Assembly: GCA_008632985.1 (NCBI GenBank)
Contig: QPGO01000064.1
Coordinates: 62,001-126,000 of the forward strand
Direction of reading: 5' to 3'
DNA: 64,000 nucleotides
Source: Psammoneis japonica
Taxonomy: Eukaryota
Each line of letters opens with the position of its first letter. The first letter of the stretch is position 1. Shown in pieces: positions 46,270 through 57,564 of the stretch. The notes beneath the pieces were generated by a model. It saw only the letters and a list, made by a program, of their open reading frames with translations. It ran no database searches and was not told the DNA's origin. A program made the translations under genes and the position numbers.

Positions 46270-46540
46270 AGATAGACTCTCTCTCTAGTAGAGAGAGAGA
46301 GTAGTAGGAATAGATTGAGGCTTTTTGGCCGCGTCATCACGTCATCACTACTACGGTAGAAAAGAGAGAATAGCTACTCTAGCTCTAGGAGTATATTTTT
46401 TGAATATTTGTCTACTCTACTAGCTACTCTCTAGCTAGCCTCTCTAGCTAGCCTCTCTAGCTCTACTCTACTCTCTCTACTCTCTAGCTACTACTACTAG
46501 TAGAGTAGAGAGTACCGGTAGGGCCCTCTCTAGAGAGAGA
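46270..46540. repeat. CTAG/CTAC/GTAG-rich palindromic low-complexity tract
   Basis: ctctctctctagtagagagagag and ctagctactctctagctagcctctctagctag. Similar tracts at 18160-18210, 20059-20115, 25070-25170 and 43175-43250. Confidence 0.8.
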
Positions 46541-46803
46541 AAGTAAAGAGTTGCACTCTTCACTCATCTGACAAACGCGCGAAACAAAACGCGCATGCCT
46601 AACTTGAAGTTGAACCGCTCACAAATCCGTGCGTTCGTTGCGTCCAAGGCAAACAGACCACACAAGCAATTAGCTCCAACGCGACGCAACCTGACCAGCA
46701 CCATCGCAACGTGGAACCCGCATTTCTATCGATCACTCGACGCAGCATAAAGCAAAATCGTTTTGACATTGATCTCTTAGTCTACTTTTTAAAATAAACA
46801 ATC

Positions 46804-47269
46804 ATGTCGTTCAATATTCCTCCCGCTCAGCTGGCGCAATTAATGCGGGACATGCAGGTCAGTACGAGAAAGAACAGAGGGTCTTCTGTTGTTTGTGCCG
46901 AAGAAAAATATGAACATTCTACCACAAAGGAGATGTCGTCTGCTACCAGAATGCTCACTACAGAAACTTTTTGTCCCCCGTTAGGACCCTGAAATGATGA
47001 GAGAGGCCCAGAAAATGATGCAAGATCCTGCTTTCCAGGCGCAAATGAAAAGAGTGACAGAATCACAACAGTTTCAGAGCCACATGAGCAAGACTAAGGA
47101 AATGATGAAGGACAAAAAGAAAATGAAGGAAATGGAAAGCAAGGTACAAGCGGCTCTCAAGGAAGGGAATGAGCAGCTAGACGCCATGGAAGAATCTGAG
47201 AAGCCGGCCGTGGAAGACGACGAGAAGAAACCGGCAGCGGAAGAGGAAGAAACTTCCGAAGAGAAGTAA
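46804..47269 (+). CDS. Small STI1-like (DP-repeat) protein; exons 46804-46857, 46985-47269
   Basis: Splicing gives MRDMQ|DPEMMREAQKMMQDPAFQAQM, followed by an acidic tail. Confidence 0.8.
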
Positions 47270-47356
47270 ATAGTGCTTCTACGCGTGGTATCAATAGACC
47301 AAATCGGTTACAAGTTACAAGCTCTGTTTTTGTTTTTGAGCGTGCCCGGATACGAA

Positions 47357-48625
47357 TCATTCCGCACTATGGTTTAGCCATTCCAAAATCTGTTCATCCG
47401 ATAAATCGCGCACCCTAACACCTTTGCCGGCGGTTGAGTACCCCAGCTTTGGCGAATCGAATGTTTCTACATCGTCGTATCGATTCGCAACAGTGGAAAT
47501 CCAAGGAAACAATTTTGAATTCAGAATGTATCCCTTCCCAACGGAAGAAATCGTGGCAAGCACACAGAATGTCGAAGGACCACATATCGTTTGCTTGGCT
47601 GTAATCATACGTGCATAGGTTTGTGCAATCGATTCGGTAGAAGGATCGTTGTAGACACTGACCCTTGCGTGAGGAAACTCCTTTTGGAGGTAGGAGACTA
47701 AGTCGTCCACAATGACACGACAACGCGCACCAAAGGGTCGGTCTAGTTTTCGCAAATGGGCCGAATCAAAGGGTTGCGTCAAGATTGATATGGACCGCAT
47801 CGAATCCCCGTTGAATTGTTTTGCAATCAGTCTCGCAAAGACATTATGTGGCAGCAAACCGTAATCTCTGTTTTTGGTGTCTAGCACATCCCCACAACGG
47901 TAGTGTATAGCCACATCTGAGGTACCGACATTGGTTGTCAACTTTTCTGCAATGGACCGATAGTCACGTCGAATGACTTCAGCAGCCAAATCGATACTAG
48001 GTGAAATACATTCGTGCGGAAACTTGGAGTCGCAATTCTCGCAGATATCTGCTAATGAATGTGGCACGTTCGCGGCAATGTCAGATTCAACACCATCTCC
48101 AACAGTGGTATGCGCTTGCTGAAAAAGCGAAATAAACGTATTTGAGGCATCTTGCGAGATATCTGTTCCTTTGTTCTTGCACTGAAACGTGAAGGATGCT
48201 CCAGCAGCTTTTGCCATTGCCCACGCCATGTATATTCGTGGCATTCTGTTTCCAAGCAGATTGTCTGTACAATCTGGCTGTTCGTAGACCACTCGTCTTT
48301 CCTCGCCTGGCATATGATTTTCCGAAAATGCTGCCTGTAAGATTTCGCAAACAGACTGATTGCGATTGTACCCGCCAACCGTAACGACATTCAGGTGCGT
48401 CGCTTCAAACGATCGATTCTCGTTGTCGTGTCGTGTAGACGCATGTGACTGATTAGATGTTTGTAACGTTTCAAGCGATTTCCTAGATCGTAGTCTGATA
48501 GGGCTATTTTGATCCGAAATCTCAGAAAGCACCGGAGAAGATACCTTGAGATAAAGCAGAGCGAACGTCAACAGACTACCGATTTGCGTCATGCATCGTG
48601 CAGACTTGATTCCAAAAAGTTTCAT
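47357..48625 (-). CDS. Type II membrane glycosyltransferase-like protein (fucosyltransferase-type motif)
   Basis: N-terminal TM, LGNR, DVAIHYRCGD (HxRxGD), ICGPSTF. Confidence 0.7.
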   Translation of the reverse strand: MKLFGIKSARCMTQIGSLLTFALLYLKVSSPVLSEISDQNSPIRLRSRKSLETLQTSNQSHASTRHDNENRSFEATHLNVVTVGGYNRNQSVCEILQAAFSENHMPGEERRVVYEQPDCTDNLLGNRMPRIYMAWAMAKAAGASFTFQCKNKGTDISQDASNTFISLFQQAHTTVGDGVESDIAANVPHSLADICENCDSKFPHECISPSIDLAAEVIRRDYRSIAEKLTTNVGTSDVAIHYRCGDVLDTKNRDYGLLPHNVFARLIAKQFNGDSMRSISILTQPFDSAHLRKLDRPFGARCRVIVDDLVSYLQKEFPHARVSVYNDPSTESIAQTYARMITAKQTICGPSTFCVLATISSVGKGYILNSKLFPWISTVANRYDDVETFDSPKLGYSTAGKGVRVRDLSDEQILEWLNHSAE

Positions 48626-49150
48626 TTCTTCTGATATATTGTTTACTATGAAGACAACTCCCTTTTGTTTTCTTGTAACTGTCTTGTGGTTGTTAACGAG
48701 ATGCTACGAGTTGGTCGCCTTCCTTGGTTTTTAAGTTGTGCTTTTTGTGGTGTTCCTTTTCTGCTTCAGCTTTTGCCGCCACGACTCAATCAATTCGCGA
48801 CTATTCAGTCTTGCTTTTGATTCAATTACCATATCTTCAATGCCGGTTATATAAATGTACAATAAAACAGAAACATTGGTTGCGCATACTGTATCGTGCC
48901 CAGCAGTTCGTGACTCCTCGACTTGCTCAAAACGATGATGCGTTCCTTGCACTGCACACACAAACCAATTCCATAAATGTTTGAGAGCAAATCATGATGA
49001 TGGTCTTAGCAAGCATGACTCACGCCCTACTTCTCTGCACTCTTCTATATATTCATAATACTTTCAGAGATTGTTCTCGGCCTGGGTTCGCAATTGGACA
49101 ATTGGACCATAAATTCAAAGATAGGCGTCAAATAACTCACGCGAGACACG

Positions 49151-50614
49151 ATGAAGATCATTTACAGTAACATCGCAGTCCTCTCCACTGTGCTTTGGAT
49201 CGGGGCTCAGAGCGCTGTTGTGACCAATGAAAAGCCATCATGTGGTTTTCCCCGCTTCAATAAAAGAAAGGACAAGGGAGTTTTCTTGTGGAACAAATGC
49301 AACTCAACGCAGTGGTTTCTTCAAGCCGTAGGCGGTAAACAGCCTATCACGGTTGAGGGGACGTTGGTGTCGGATGAAGACATTGAGCTGAACAAGAATT
49401 TTACCATCAATGTTGCCAAACGTGCTGTGGGTGGTATCAATTTCAAGGTAAAGAAGGGGAGTACTTGCTTGACCATCAAACATCCAGAAGATGTGTTTCT
49501 TTACGGTGGGAAGGACCGGATGATACTGCCCAAGTCATTCAGTCTCCCCAACTTCAAGCAGTGTAATGGGCCGCTACTCGAATATCGATTTGACACAGAA
49601 GGCAGCATATATCAAGATACGGGAGAAAAGGGATGGGATGGCTCAAAAGGAAGAAATAGAGGCCGCATCAGCATCTCTAACGAGGGTTTTGCGAGATCTG
49701 CTGTCGCTCTCGATGGTATGGGTAATCATGTACTCATCCCCGAATCTAAAAAGCTGACCATGAAAGCGTACACCTTGATGGCATGGGTGCGATATTCTGA
49801 CAATTCAAGGCCTAATGACGTGGCTTACGCGATTATTCAGAAGTCCTCTGCGGTTTGGCTCAACATCAACAAGAAATCCATAGAGTCAAGGCGGGTGGCT
49901 TCTTCGGTGGTTGCGATAAGAAAACCTGTTTCAGGTTGAGAGCATCAAAGAAGTCCCAACAGTGTCATGGACCCACATTGCTGCAGTCAACGATGGGGAT
50001 ACACTGAAGATTTACATCAACGGAGAACTGGATGCAGAAGGAAATCTATCGACGAGTGGAGAATATTGTTCCAATCAGGCACCGTTTAACATAGGCTCCG
50101 GCTATGGAGAGACGCCGGAGCAAGACAAGAACTTCTTCAAGGGGCATATGGACTCGGTTCGTGTCTACGATAAGGATCTGAGTCAAGATGACATCCGTTC
50201 CGAAATGTTTCGCAATGAAGAACAAGGACAATGTCTTCAGCCATACACGGAGCTTTCAAATGCGAATCGAAACGTTAACTTTAACGACGGCAAACGCGGA
50301 TTACAATTTGTGATCAACGCAGTTCGTCCGACTGGATGGGAGGCTGGCATAGGTTTGTGGGTGATGCTGGTACCCAGATGCCTGAAACGGCACCGCCAAG
50401 GTATTCATGTGGCACCCATGCTCCAGGGTGGCTAAATGGCACCCATCCCATACCTGAGGATGGAGTTGTGAATCGCAATGTATGCTTTCACTGGACTGAA
50501 GGAAAGTGCGAGTGGAGAAGAAGCATCCAAGTTTTGAATTGTGGAGGATTTTATCTTTACAATATCGACAGAGCTCCTACTTGCTCCCTCCGTTACTGCG
50601 GCGAAACAGTGTAG
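49151..50614 (+). pseudogene. Secreted LamG/ConA-like plus D8C (uromodulin/GP2/OIT3-type) protein with three 1-nt frameshifts (pseudogene or sequence error)
   Basis: Signal peptide, YTLMAWV, WTHIAAVNDGDTLKIYINGEL, FKGHMDSVRVY, GWHRF...CGTHAPGWL...VCFHW...C...RYC. Frame breaks at ~49880, ~49928 and ~50300. Confidence 0.75.
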
Positions 50615-50797
50615 GTATGGAGACAGCATGCAAGCAATGGCTTTAACTCCAACTTGTATAGATACAGCGCATCTGTGCCACTTCTATTCGAATTCTTTCA
50701 TTGTTTTTTGGTAGTCGTACCGTACCACGAGAATAATTAGTGAGGCCGTGCGACGTGTTTAAGTTTTGAGAATGGAGACACGGTCTGAGGTCTGATT

Positions 50798-51120
50798 TAC
50801 CAAGGCTATCGCGAATATGATCACGACAACATTTTTCTATTAATTTGCTCCGGCCCGGTCAACATGCTGCGACAGCCTCCGAAACTACCTCGTTCCGGTT
50901 GGCAGACGTTCGCCTGGAATCCGGCTGTGTCTATTTCGATTTACTCACTGCTCCTCTTGACATCCTCCGCCCCGCCACCCTCAGCTCTCTGACCTTCACA
51001 ACCATTCAGAACAATGGCGTGCACAGAGCACAGAGAAGTCATCGCCCATGGCCTACTACCCGGCCATCTCTACCTTTGCCCCACCACAGCGCACTGGTAG
51101 ACCGAGTGAATCACTTTCCC
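50798..51120 (+). mobile_element. Frameshifted tyrosine-recombinase fragment of a DIRS-like retroelement
   Basis: KAIANMITTTFFY/LLRPGQH...SETTSFRLADVRL...LTFTTIQNNGV/EVIAHG...LCPTTA/LVDRVNH. Confidence 0.55.
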
Positions 51121-51591
51121 GGCCGCTGTTGCAATGCAAGTTCAGGCAAACTTGAAGAAGCCATTTCTTCATCCCTCAGCTCCACATTGTTCTTGGGGCA
51201 CACTCTCTCTTGGCAGAGAGTAGACTCTCGAGAGTGGAGGAGCGCCCCGCACTTCGCGATCTCCAAACCCGGCCTCCACGACTCAAATCTAATTCACGAC
51301 TGTTCAGTCTTGCTTCTGCTGGAAATTCGCGACCAGTTTGACCATCAAGTTCGTGACTCTGCGTGACTCAGACTTTTCAATGTCTGTGCTGTGTGCTTGT
51401 CAGAGAGACCATCACCGCCAAAACGCAGGCAACAGGCGCAACAGCCAGGCGGCACAGACCATGGCGCAGGCAGGCAGACATCACTCTAACACACAACTTA
51501 CATACACAGGGCCCTACCAGTAGCATCGTCGCTTTGAGCGCGGTTGTGCTCTTGTTAGCTTCTCTTTTGCAAAGTGCTTCATAAGAGCACC

Positions 51592-54161
51592 ATGTCGTCG
51601 AACAAGAAGCTCAAGATTTTGCTCATGGGTCCCGTTCAGGGTCAAGTAGATGTGCTGATAAACAAACTAAAGTCTCTTCAGCAATCCAAAGCAGGTCCGT
51701 TTGATGTTTGCTTTTGCATCGGACCTTTCGGTTCCTCTGCTGCCGAAATGCCTCTACCCGTTTATGTGCAGCAGTACAGTGGAAGTCAAACAATAAAACA
51801 GCCAGAGACAGAGACTGACAGTGAAACGAATGCCCCTACGCAACTGGCGGAGAACTTGTTTTTTCTGGGATGTCCTGCAAAACTAGAAGCAGACATTTAC
51901 TCGATTTCCATCGGAGAAGGAAGAAATCAAAAGACTCTCGTGGTGGCATCGTGTCCCTTTGCGAATGTCGGCAGTGCGTCAAAGGACGAAATGAAGCCTC
52001 TCTTGGACAAGGTCAATCACGTGTCATATGTTGGGTGTGATTTTTTCTTTACGAACGAGTGGCCACAAGGAATTCATTCTGTACTGTCTGTTGAAGCCAA
52101 CAGTACCTCCTTTGATGTTGCGGACTTGGCGCTCAAGACGAGACCGCGATATCATGTAGCTGTGGGGAATGCGACATCAGAATCGATCTTCTGTCAGTCT
52201 GTACCCTTTGAACATTTGACCTCCAGTACCTCGACGACGAGCAAAATACAACACTGCGGTCGATTCCTGGCCTTGGCAACCCTCAAATCTCCACAAGAGT
52301 TTCAAAAGTTGGATAAAAAGAAACACAAGTTTGTCCATGCTCTTGGTTTGATACCACTCTTCGACATGACGTCTGAAGAAATCGAGCAGGATTCCTCAAA
52401 GCAACGATTACAACCCTGTCCTTATACGGATGCCTCTTATGAAAAAGATGGAGCAACCACAGAGACATTGGTCAAGGACGACACCAATATTGGATTTTCA
52501 GAAGCACAGGCGAGGCGTATCATGGCGGAAGAATCCTCGAATGGTGCAGATTATCGATGGAAGTCAAGCAAGAACGCTCGAAGCAAGAACGAAAACGACG
52601 GAAACGAGGACAATAGCACAAGCTCTACCTTGTTTCTTCATGGACTACACAAGGATGTCAGTGGCCATTTGCAGACTGGATCCGTTGCCTTGTTACAGGC
52701 CTTTCACAAGTTCGGCATCGCCAAGGTACGGCGACCACCCGCACACGCTTCCTACGCCTTTCTAGAATTTAATAGCCACGACGAGGCACGAAATTGTTTA
52801 GAAACGTTGGGAGGAGAAATTACAGTAAAGGGGATCCACCTGACTTTGAAATGGGCCACAACAGCACCAGCCGGTGGGGGTCAGGGCAACGTCAACAAGA
52901 AAAGACGCATGACGGAGGCTGAAGCACCCGATTCGTGTACACTGTACTTTCGAATGCCAACCAAGGTCTTAACCCACGAGCTGGAATCCGCAACAGAAGA
53001 TTTGAGGATGTTGATGCAAGAAACCCTCGAGATGGCGTTGGCGGGAGATGATGGGGATGAAAAGGTTACGGCGGAGACAGAACCAGCCCTGCAGGTCAAG
53101 GCGAGAAGGTCCGAAGAAAAGAATTTTGGATTTTTGGAATTTGCTTCTCACGTGGCTGCAAGCATGGCATTGGCGACACTAACCGGTAGTACCGATGGTG
53201 GTGTCTTGATCCAGACAGAAGCTGTACAAGAACTAGTGAAAGCAAGGAACAACTTGCTGGGAGTCATGTTGCACTGGGCCTTGGATGCTCCCAGTGATAA
53301 CAAACGACAAAAGACTGGAGGTCTTGCCTTTGAACGACGGCATTTCCCTCCCGACTCTCGTACCGACTGTTGGTTCTGCTTAGCATCGCCCACGTGCGAA
53401 CGACACTTGATTGTTTCGGTTCACGACGAATGCTATATTGCCATGCCAAAGGGACCTGTCCATGAGGGTCACGTTTTGATTGTTCCTGTTGCGCACACGA
53501 GTCGCGGTGTCTTTTGCGGCAGCGTAGGGGTCGCCCAAGAAGTTGAATCTCTTCAAACCGAACTTGCTCATCACGCCGAACAAGCTTACGATTCAGACTT
53601 GTTTATATTTGAGCGTGCAATTCAAACGAGAGGAGGGTATCATACCCACGGTAAGCTTCGAGTGTGAAATGGCATTGCGTGCTGTCATCCAGTCAACGAA
53701 GCTCATGCTTGTCCTTCACTTTGTCTTGCATCTCAGTTCAATGCGTACCCATTTCGCACGGAATCGGTCCTAAGATCATTTCGACAATGGTTAAAATGGC
53801 TCAGTCCATACCAGGATTTGAGTTGAAGGAAATCAATACAGAGTTGCCCCTCTCGGCCATTTTGACTCAAGATGACGACGACGAAAGTAGTAGCGGGTAC
53901 TTTTACGCAGAAGTACAATCCGTGAAGGATGGCACGCGGAAACGTTTTATCTACAAGACTCCAGCAAATAATGAGGACGGCGACGAAGCCAGTCCACGAA
54001 AGACACATTCAAATGTACCGCTGCAGTTTGCTAGAGAGGTCATAGCTACCGTGTTGGAAAACCCGGACTTGGCTCACTGGAAATCTTGCGTAAAGAGCGA
54101 AGAGGAAGAGACTGAAATGACCTCGGTATTTCGCAAATCGTTTACAAAGGACAACGAATAG
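51592..54161 (+). CDS. CWF19L1: CWF19-like protein 1 (metallophosphoesterase-like, RRM, CwfJ); exons 51592-53650, 53737-54161
   Basis: KAGPFDVCFCIG, RPRYH, YAFLEF, CWFCLASP, PKGP...HVLIVP, HTH|VQCVP, LQFAREV, WKSC. Confidence 0.88.
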
Positions 54162-54357
54162 GCATGCTTCTTTTTGGGGTAGAAACAATATACAGCCACG
54201 GGACTGACGACTGAGCTAAGAAATGCTAACTGTAATTAATTGGCTTTTTAAGTCTACGATTCTGACAAGGGTTTTCGCGTTATCTGAGGCTTCCCTTAGG
54301 AGTCACACAACTGCAAAGCTGCAAGATTGGGAGTGTAAGCTCTTTGATAATCGTGGG

Positions 54358-55833
54358 CTATAGCGTTCCGGCACCTTTAAGGGGACTGGCCGAGACAACC
54401 CGAGCAATCGTTTTGCTTTCATTATCGCAACAATTTGTGTTGCTACACGAGGTGGGATTGTCGCTGAGAAAATGGTGAGACCTCGCTTGCGATGAATCCA
54501 TACGATCATCGGGGTCCATACAAAGCAGGCCAGCCATCAGTTCACCGAATGATTTATCCGAGAAGTAGTCTTCCTCAAGCATGGCTTCCAATGACTCCGC
54601 AAGACCCTGCTTGAAGCCACGACTGTCGTTCTTGTACAGCCGGTAACTTTCGATCCATTTCCGACCTGGAAAGCCTTCAGGTGACATTTCTACCATGGTG
54701 CAACCGAAGGACCACATGTCAGCGCGACGGCCTTCGCAAGGTGAGCCCTTGCGCCTCAAAACCATTTCCGGTGCGAAGAACCCAGGTGTTCCGCCCCAAA
54801 ACCCGTGGACGTAGACGTTTTTGCTCGTTTCGTCCAAACTCTGGGCACACAGACCAAAGTCACACAGCTTGATATCATTGCGAGTGAGGTCGCTGGCATG
54901 ATACAGCTTCTTTGAAAGGACGATATTTTCGGGTTTCAGATCCATATGGGCGATTCCGTTCGAATGAAGATAGACAAGAGGCTCAAGGACACCCAAAGCA
55001 ATTTCCTTGAGAGGCATGTCACCATAATCATGCATGTGATGCTCACAAAACTGTTGTAGATCTTGTACACCCAGCTCCATTACTAGACAGACGGATTTGG
55101 GTGCGTGAACGACTTCGTGAAGAGTCACAATGTTGGGATGAATTGCGTTTCTCAGTACGCTGATTTCGCTCTTGACGCGCTCAAGCTGAAGTTTGTGAGT
55201 CATGTTCTTCTTTGGCAGTTTCTTGATCGCAAATTTCTCTCGGGTATTGAAATGGATACCGACATGAACTTGGGAGTAGAACCCGGCACCCATCACTTTG
55301 CCAATCTTGTAGTGTCCGAGGCGGCCGCGGGTTTCCTTGATACCATAGTTGACGGGCCCAACGATTGTACTGTTCGTTTTGTCAGTAGCAAAGAGGCATT
55401 CAAACTTGTAGAGCTGCATTTGCTCTTTCTGTTGTTTTCCCTTTTGCTTCTCCTCTAAAGCAAGAATTGCGCGCTTCTCCCGTTCCTGTTCTTTCTGCCT
55501 CTGTTTGCACACTTCAAGTTCCTCGACAGCTTTGATAAGCTTCTGTTTAATCCTCCACTTGGTCACCATGGCGTCGACTCTGTCTCGATGAGCTTGTTCA
55601 ACAGCATCGATGAGTTCTTGGTCCAACTCTTCCTGCAGTACTTTCCTCTCGTTGTCCTCCTGCGGCGAGGATGGAGTTGCAATCGACTTGTTTGGAAGGT
55701 CGGACCTGAACTCCTTTCTATTCTGAAGGTCGCCTTTCGTTAAAGGTACATTCTCTGCACCAAGATATTCCTTGCGAGGACACGGTTTGCTCAATGCACG
55801 TCCATGGTGGTGAGCGGGCGAGTACGTGTTCAT
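54358..55833 (-). CDS. Ser/Thr protein kinase (CAMK-like) with N-terminal coiled coil
   Basis: GAGFYS, AIK, HMDLKPEN, DFG, GTPGFFAPE, DMWSFG. Confidence 0.92.
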   Translation of the reverse strand: MNTYSPAHHHGRALSKPCPRKEYLGAENVPLTKGDLQNRKEFRSDLPNKSIATPSSPQEDNERKVLQEELDQELIDAVEQAHRDRVDAMVTKWRIKQKLIKAVEELEVCKQRQKEQEREKRAILALEEKQKGKQQKEQMQLYKFECLFATDKTNSTIVGPVNYGIKETRGRLGHYKIGKVMGAGFYSQVHVGIHFNTREKFAIKKLPKKNMTHKLQLERVKSEISVLRNAIHPNIVTLHEVVHAPKSVCLVMELGVQDLQQFCEHHMHDYGDMPLKEIALGVLEPLVYLHSNGIAHMDLKPENIVLSKKLYHASDLTRNDIKLCDFGLCAQSLDETSKNVYVHGFWGGTPGFFAPEMVLRRKGSPCEGRRADMWSFGCTMVEMSPEGFPGRKWIESYRLYKNDSRGFKQGLAESLEAMLEEDYFSDKSFGELMAGLLCMDPDDRMDSSQARSHHFLSDNPTSCSNTNCCDNESKTIARVVSASPLKGAGTL

Positions 55834-56283
55834 GGTGACAATCGCTTTTATCGAAAATGCAAAAAGGAAATGATGTTTGTTTCCTTGATTGTGAGCCTCG
55901 CAAGCCCCTCAGAATGTGGTTACATAGTGTGGCTGGTATGAGGGAATATCTTTTCGGCAGTATTTCTCCTAGCGTTTCGGCGGTGAGCCTTTGGAGTTTG
56001 GATTTTGTTTGAGTGAGTTTTCGAAATGCTTTGTGAGCAGCGGTTGGATTTTTTGAAATTTTTGCTCGTGGTACAAATTCACCGTAGAACTTACCTACAG
56101 GTCAACAATACCATATTTGCCGTGGAGTCATCAAATATTTTAATATTCATGCTTGGAGACCTATATGATGCGACTCCAACGGAAGATGACAGAACACGGT
56201 GCAGTCGCTCACATTTTGGATTTTGCTCGCTGCTCGTCGCAACACGGTACCTTACTCTAAGTCGAGATCGACCACTGTCTGGG

Positions 56284-57239
56284 CTACTCATTGACATGGA
56301 ACCCTGTGGCGACCAGGTATCGCTCTGGACTTCCTTTGCGACTTGCTGGTGGCTTTTTCGTAGTGACTTTCTGAAAGTGTAAGGACGCAAAATCCTTTAG
56401 CTCTTGTTGATCCTGTTGGCTTCCTCCATCAAAGAGCTTCCCAACAAAAATACCTCCATTCTTTAGCAATTTAGTCGCCAGATTCAAGGCTCCTTCGCAA
56501 AGACCAATGCTTCTTAGAGCATCCGTACTGGCGTCACCCGTTGTATTGGATGCCATGTCGCTTAGCACGACATCAAACCTTGTATCCATTGCAGCATGTT
56601 GGCGCATCAATACTCTCATATCACACTGAAGAAACTGAAAATTTCCGTGCCTTTCCAACTCCCCCTTTGCGACATCATCTAGATCCAACAAATCCACCGC
56701 AACCAATCGACCATTCGAACCGATTCTGCGGCATGCGTAGACACTCCAGCCACCGGGCGATGCTCCGAGATCTAAAACATTGTTACCTTTTCGAAAAAGA
56801 CCCATTGATTTATCCAGTTGTTCCAATTTGTAGGCAGAGCGACTGACCAATCTGCAGACATTGCGAAAAGCAAACACAAATTCACAAGCAGACCCAGGAC
56901 CCAGAAGCCATGAGTGATGAGTGCTGGACTTGTGAACAAATAACCAGGACGAAAACGTACTATGTCACATGAAAGCCAGAGCTATGTCGCTTACCCTTCT
57001 TTCTGAGCTTTCTGGACATACTCATCTTGGACATGCCGTTGAAGCCATCGAGATGACGACGACTTTCTTCGTTTCCTTCGCTGTCCTCGACTCGTACTCT
57101 GCATCCGAATATTCGCACTTATCCCATGGCATGTATTATTGAGATAAGGAAATGGGCGCCTCCCAGGCATGACCTTTGAAGAGATTTTAATGAAAGCGGA
57201 CCCACTCCATCTTGCAAGGGTAGCGGCGGTTGTCGCCAT
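56284..57239 (-). CDS. RlmE/FtsJ-family rRNA 2'-O-methyltransferase (probably organellar); exons 57239-56995, 56851-56284
   Basis: WLQRHVQDEYVQKAQKEG|LVSRSAYKL, VLDLGASPGGW, VLSDMA, GKLF, KPPASRKGSPERY. Confidence 0.9.
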
Positions 57240-57564
57240 TGTCGACTGCGCTTACATACAGTACTATATTCACCCCGACCCCTGCGATGTGATGATGATT
57301 CCTGCTTCCTGCTTCCTGCGATGCGTGTGCTGCCGTGTGCTGTGCTTCACACGAAAACGGAGGACGGACAGATAGAATCCGATCCACAGACAGACGGAAC
57401 TCATTCGTGCTGGCGCGCGGCGCGCTGTGCACGACTGGGTCCCATGCATGACTCGACTCTTCGACACGCGTCCTCGACGACTCTACTGTATTTCGTCACG
57501 CCTCACCAAAAAACAGGTTGATTATCCCCACAATTTCCCAAAACACCAACTACTCAATAAAATC

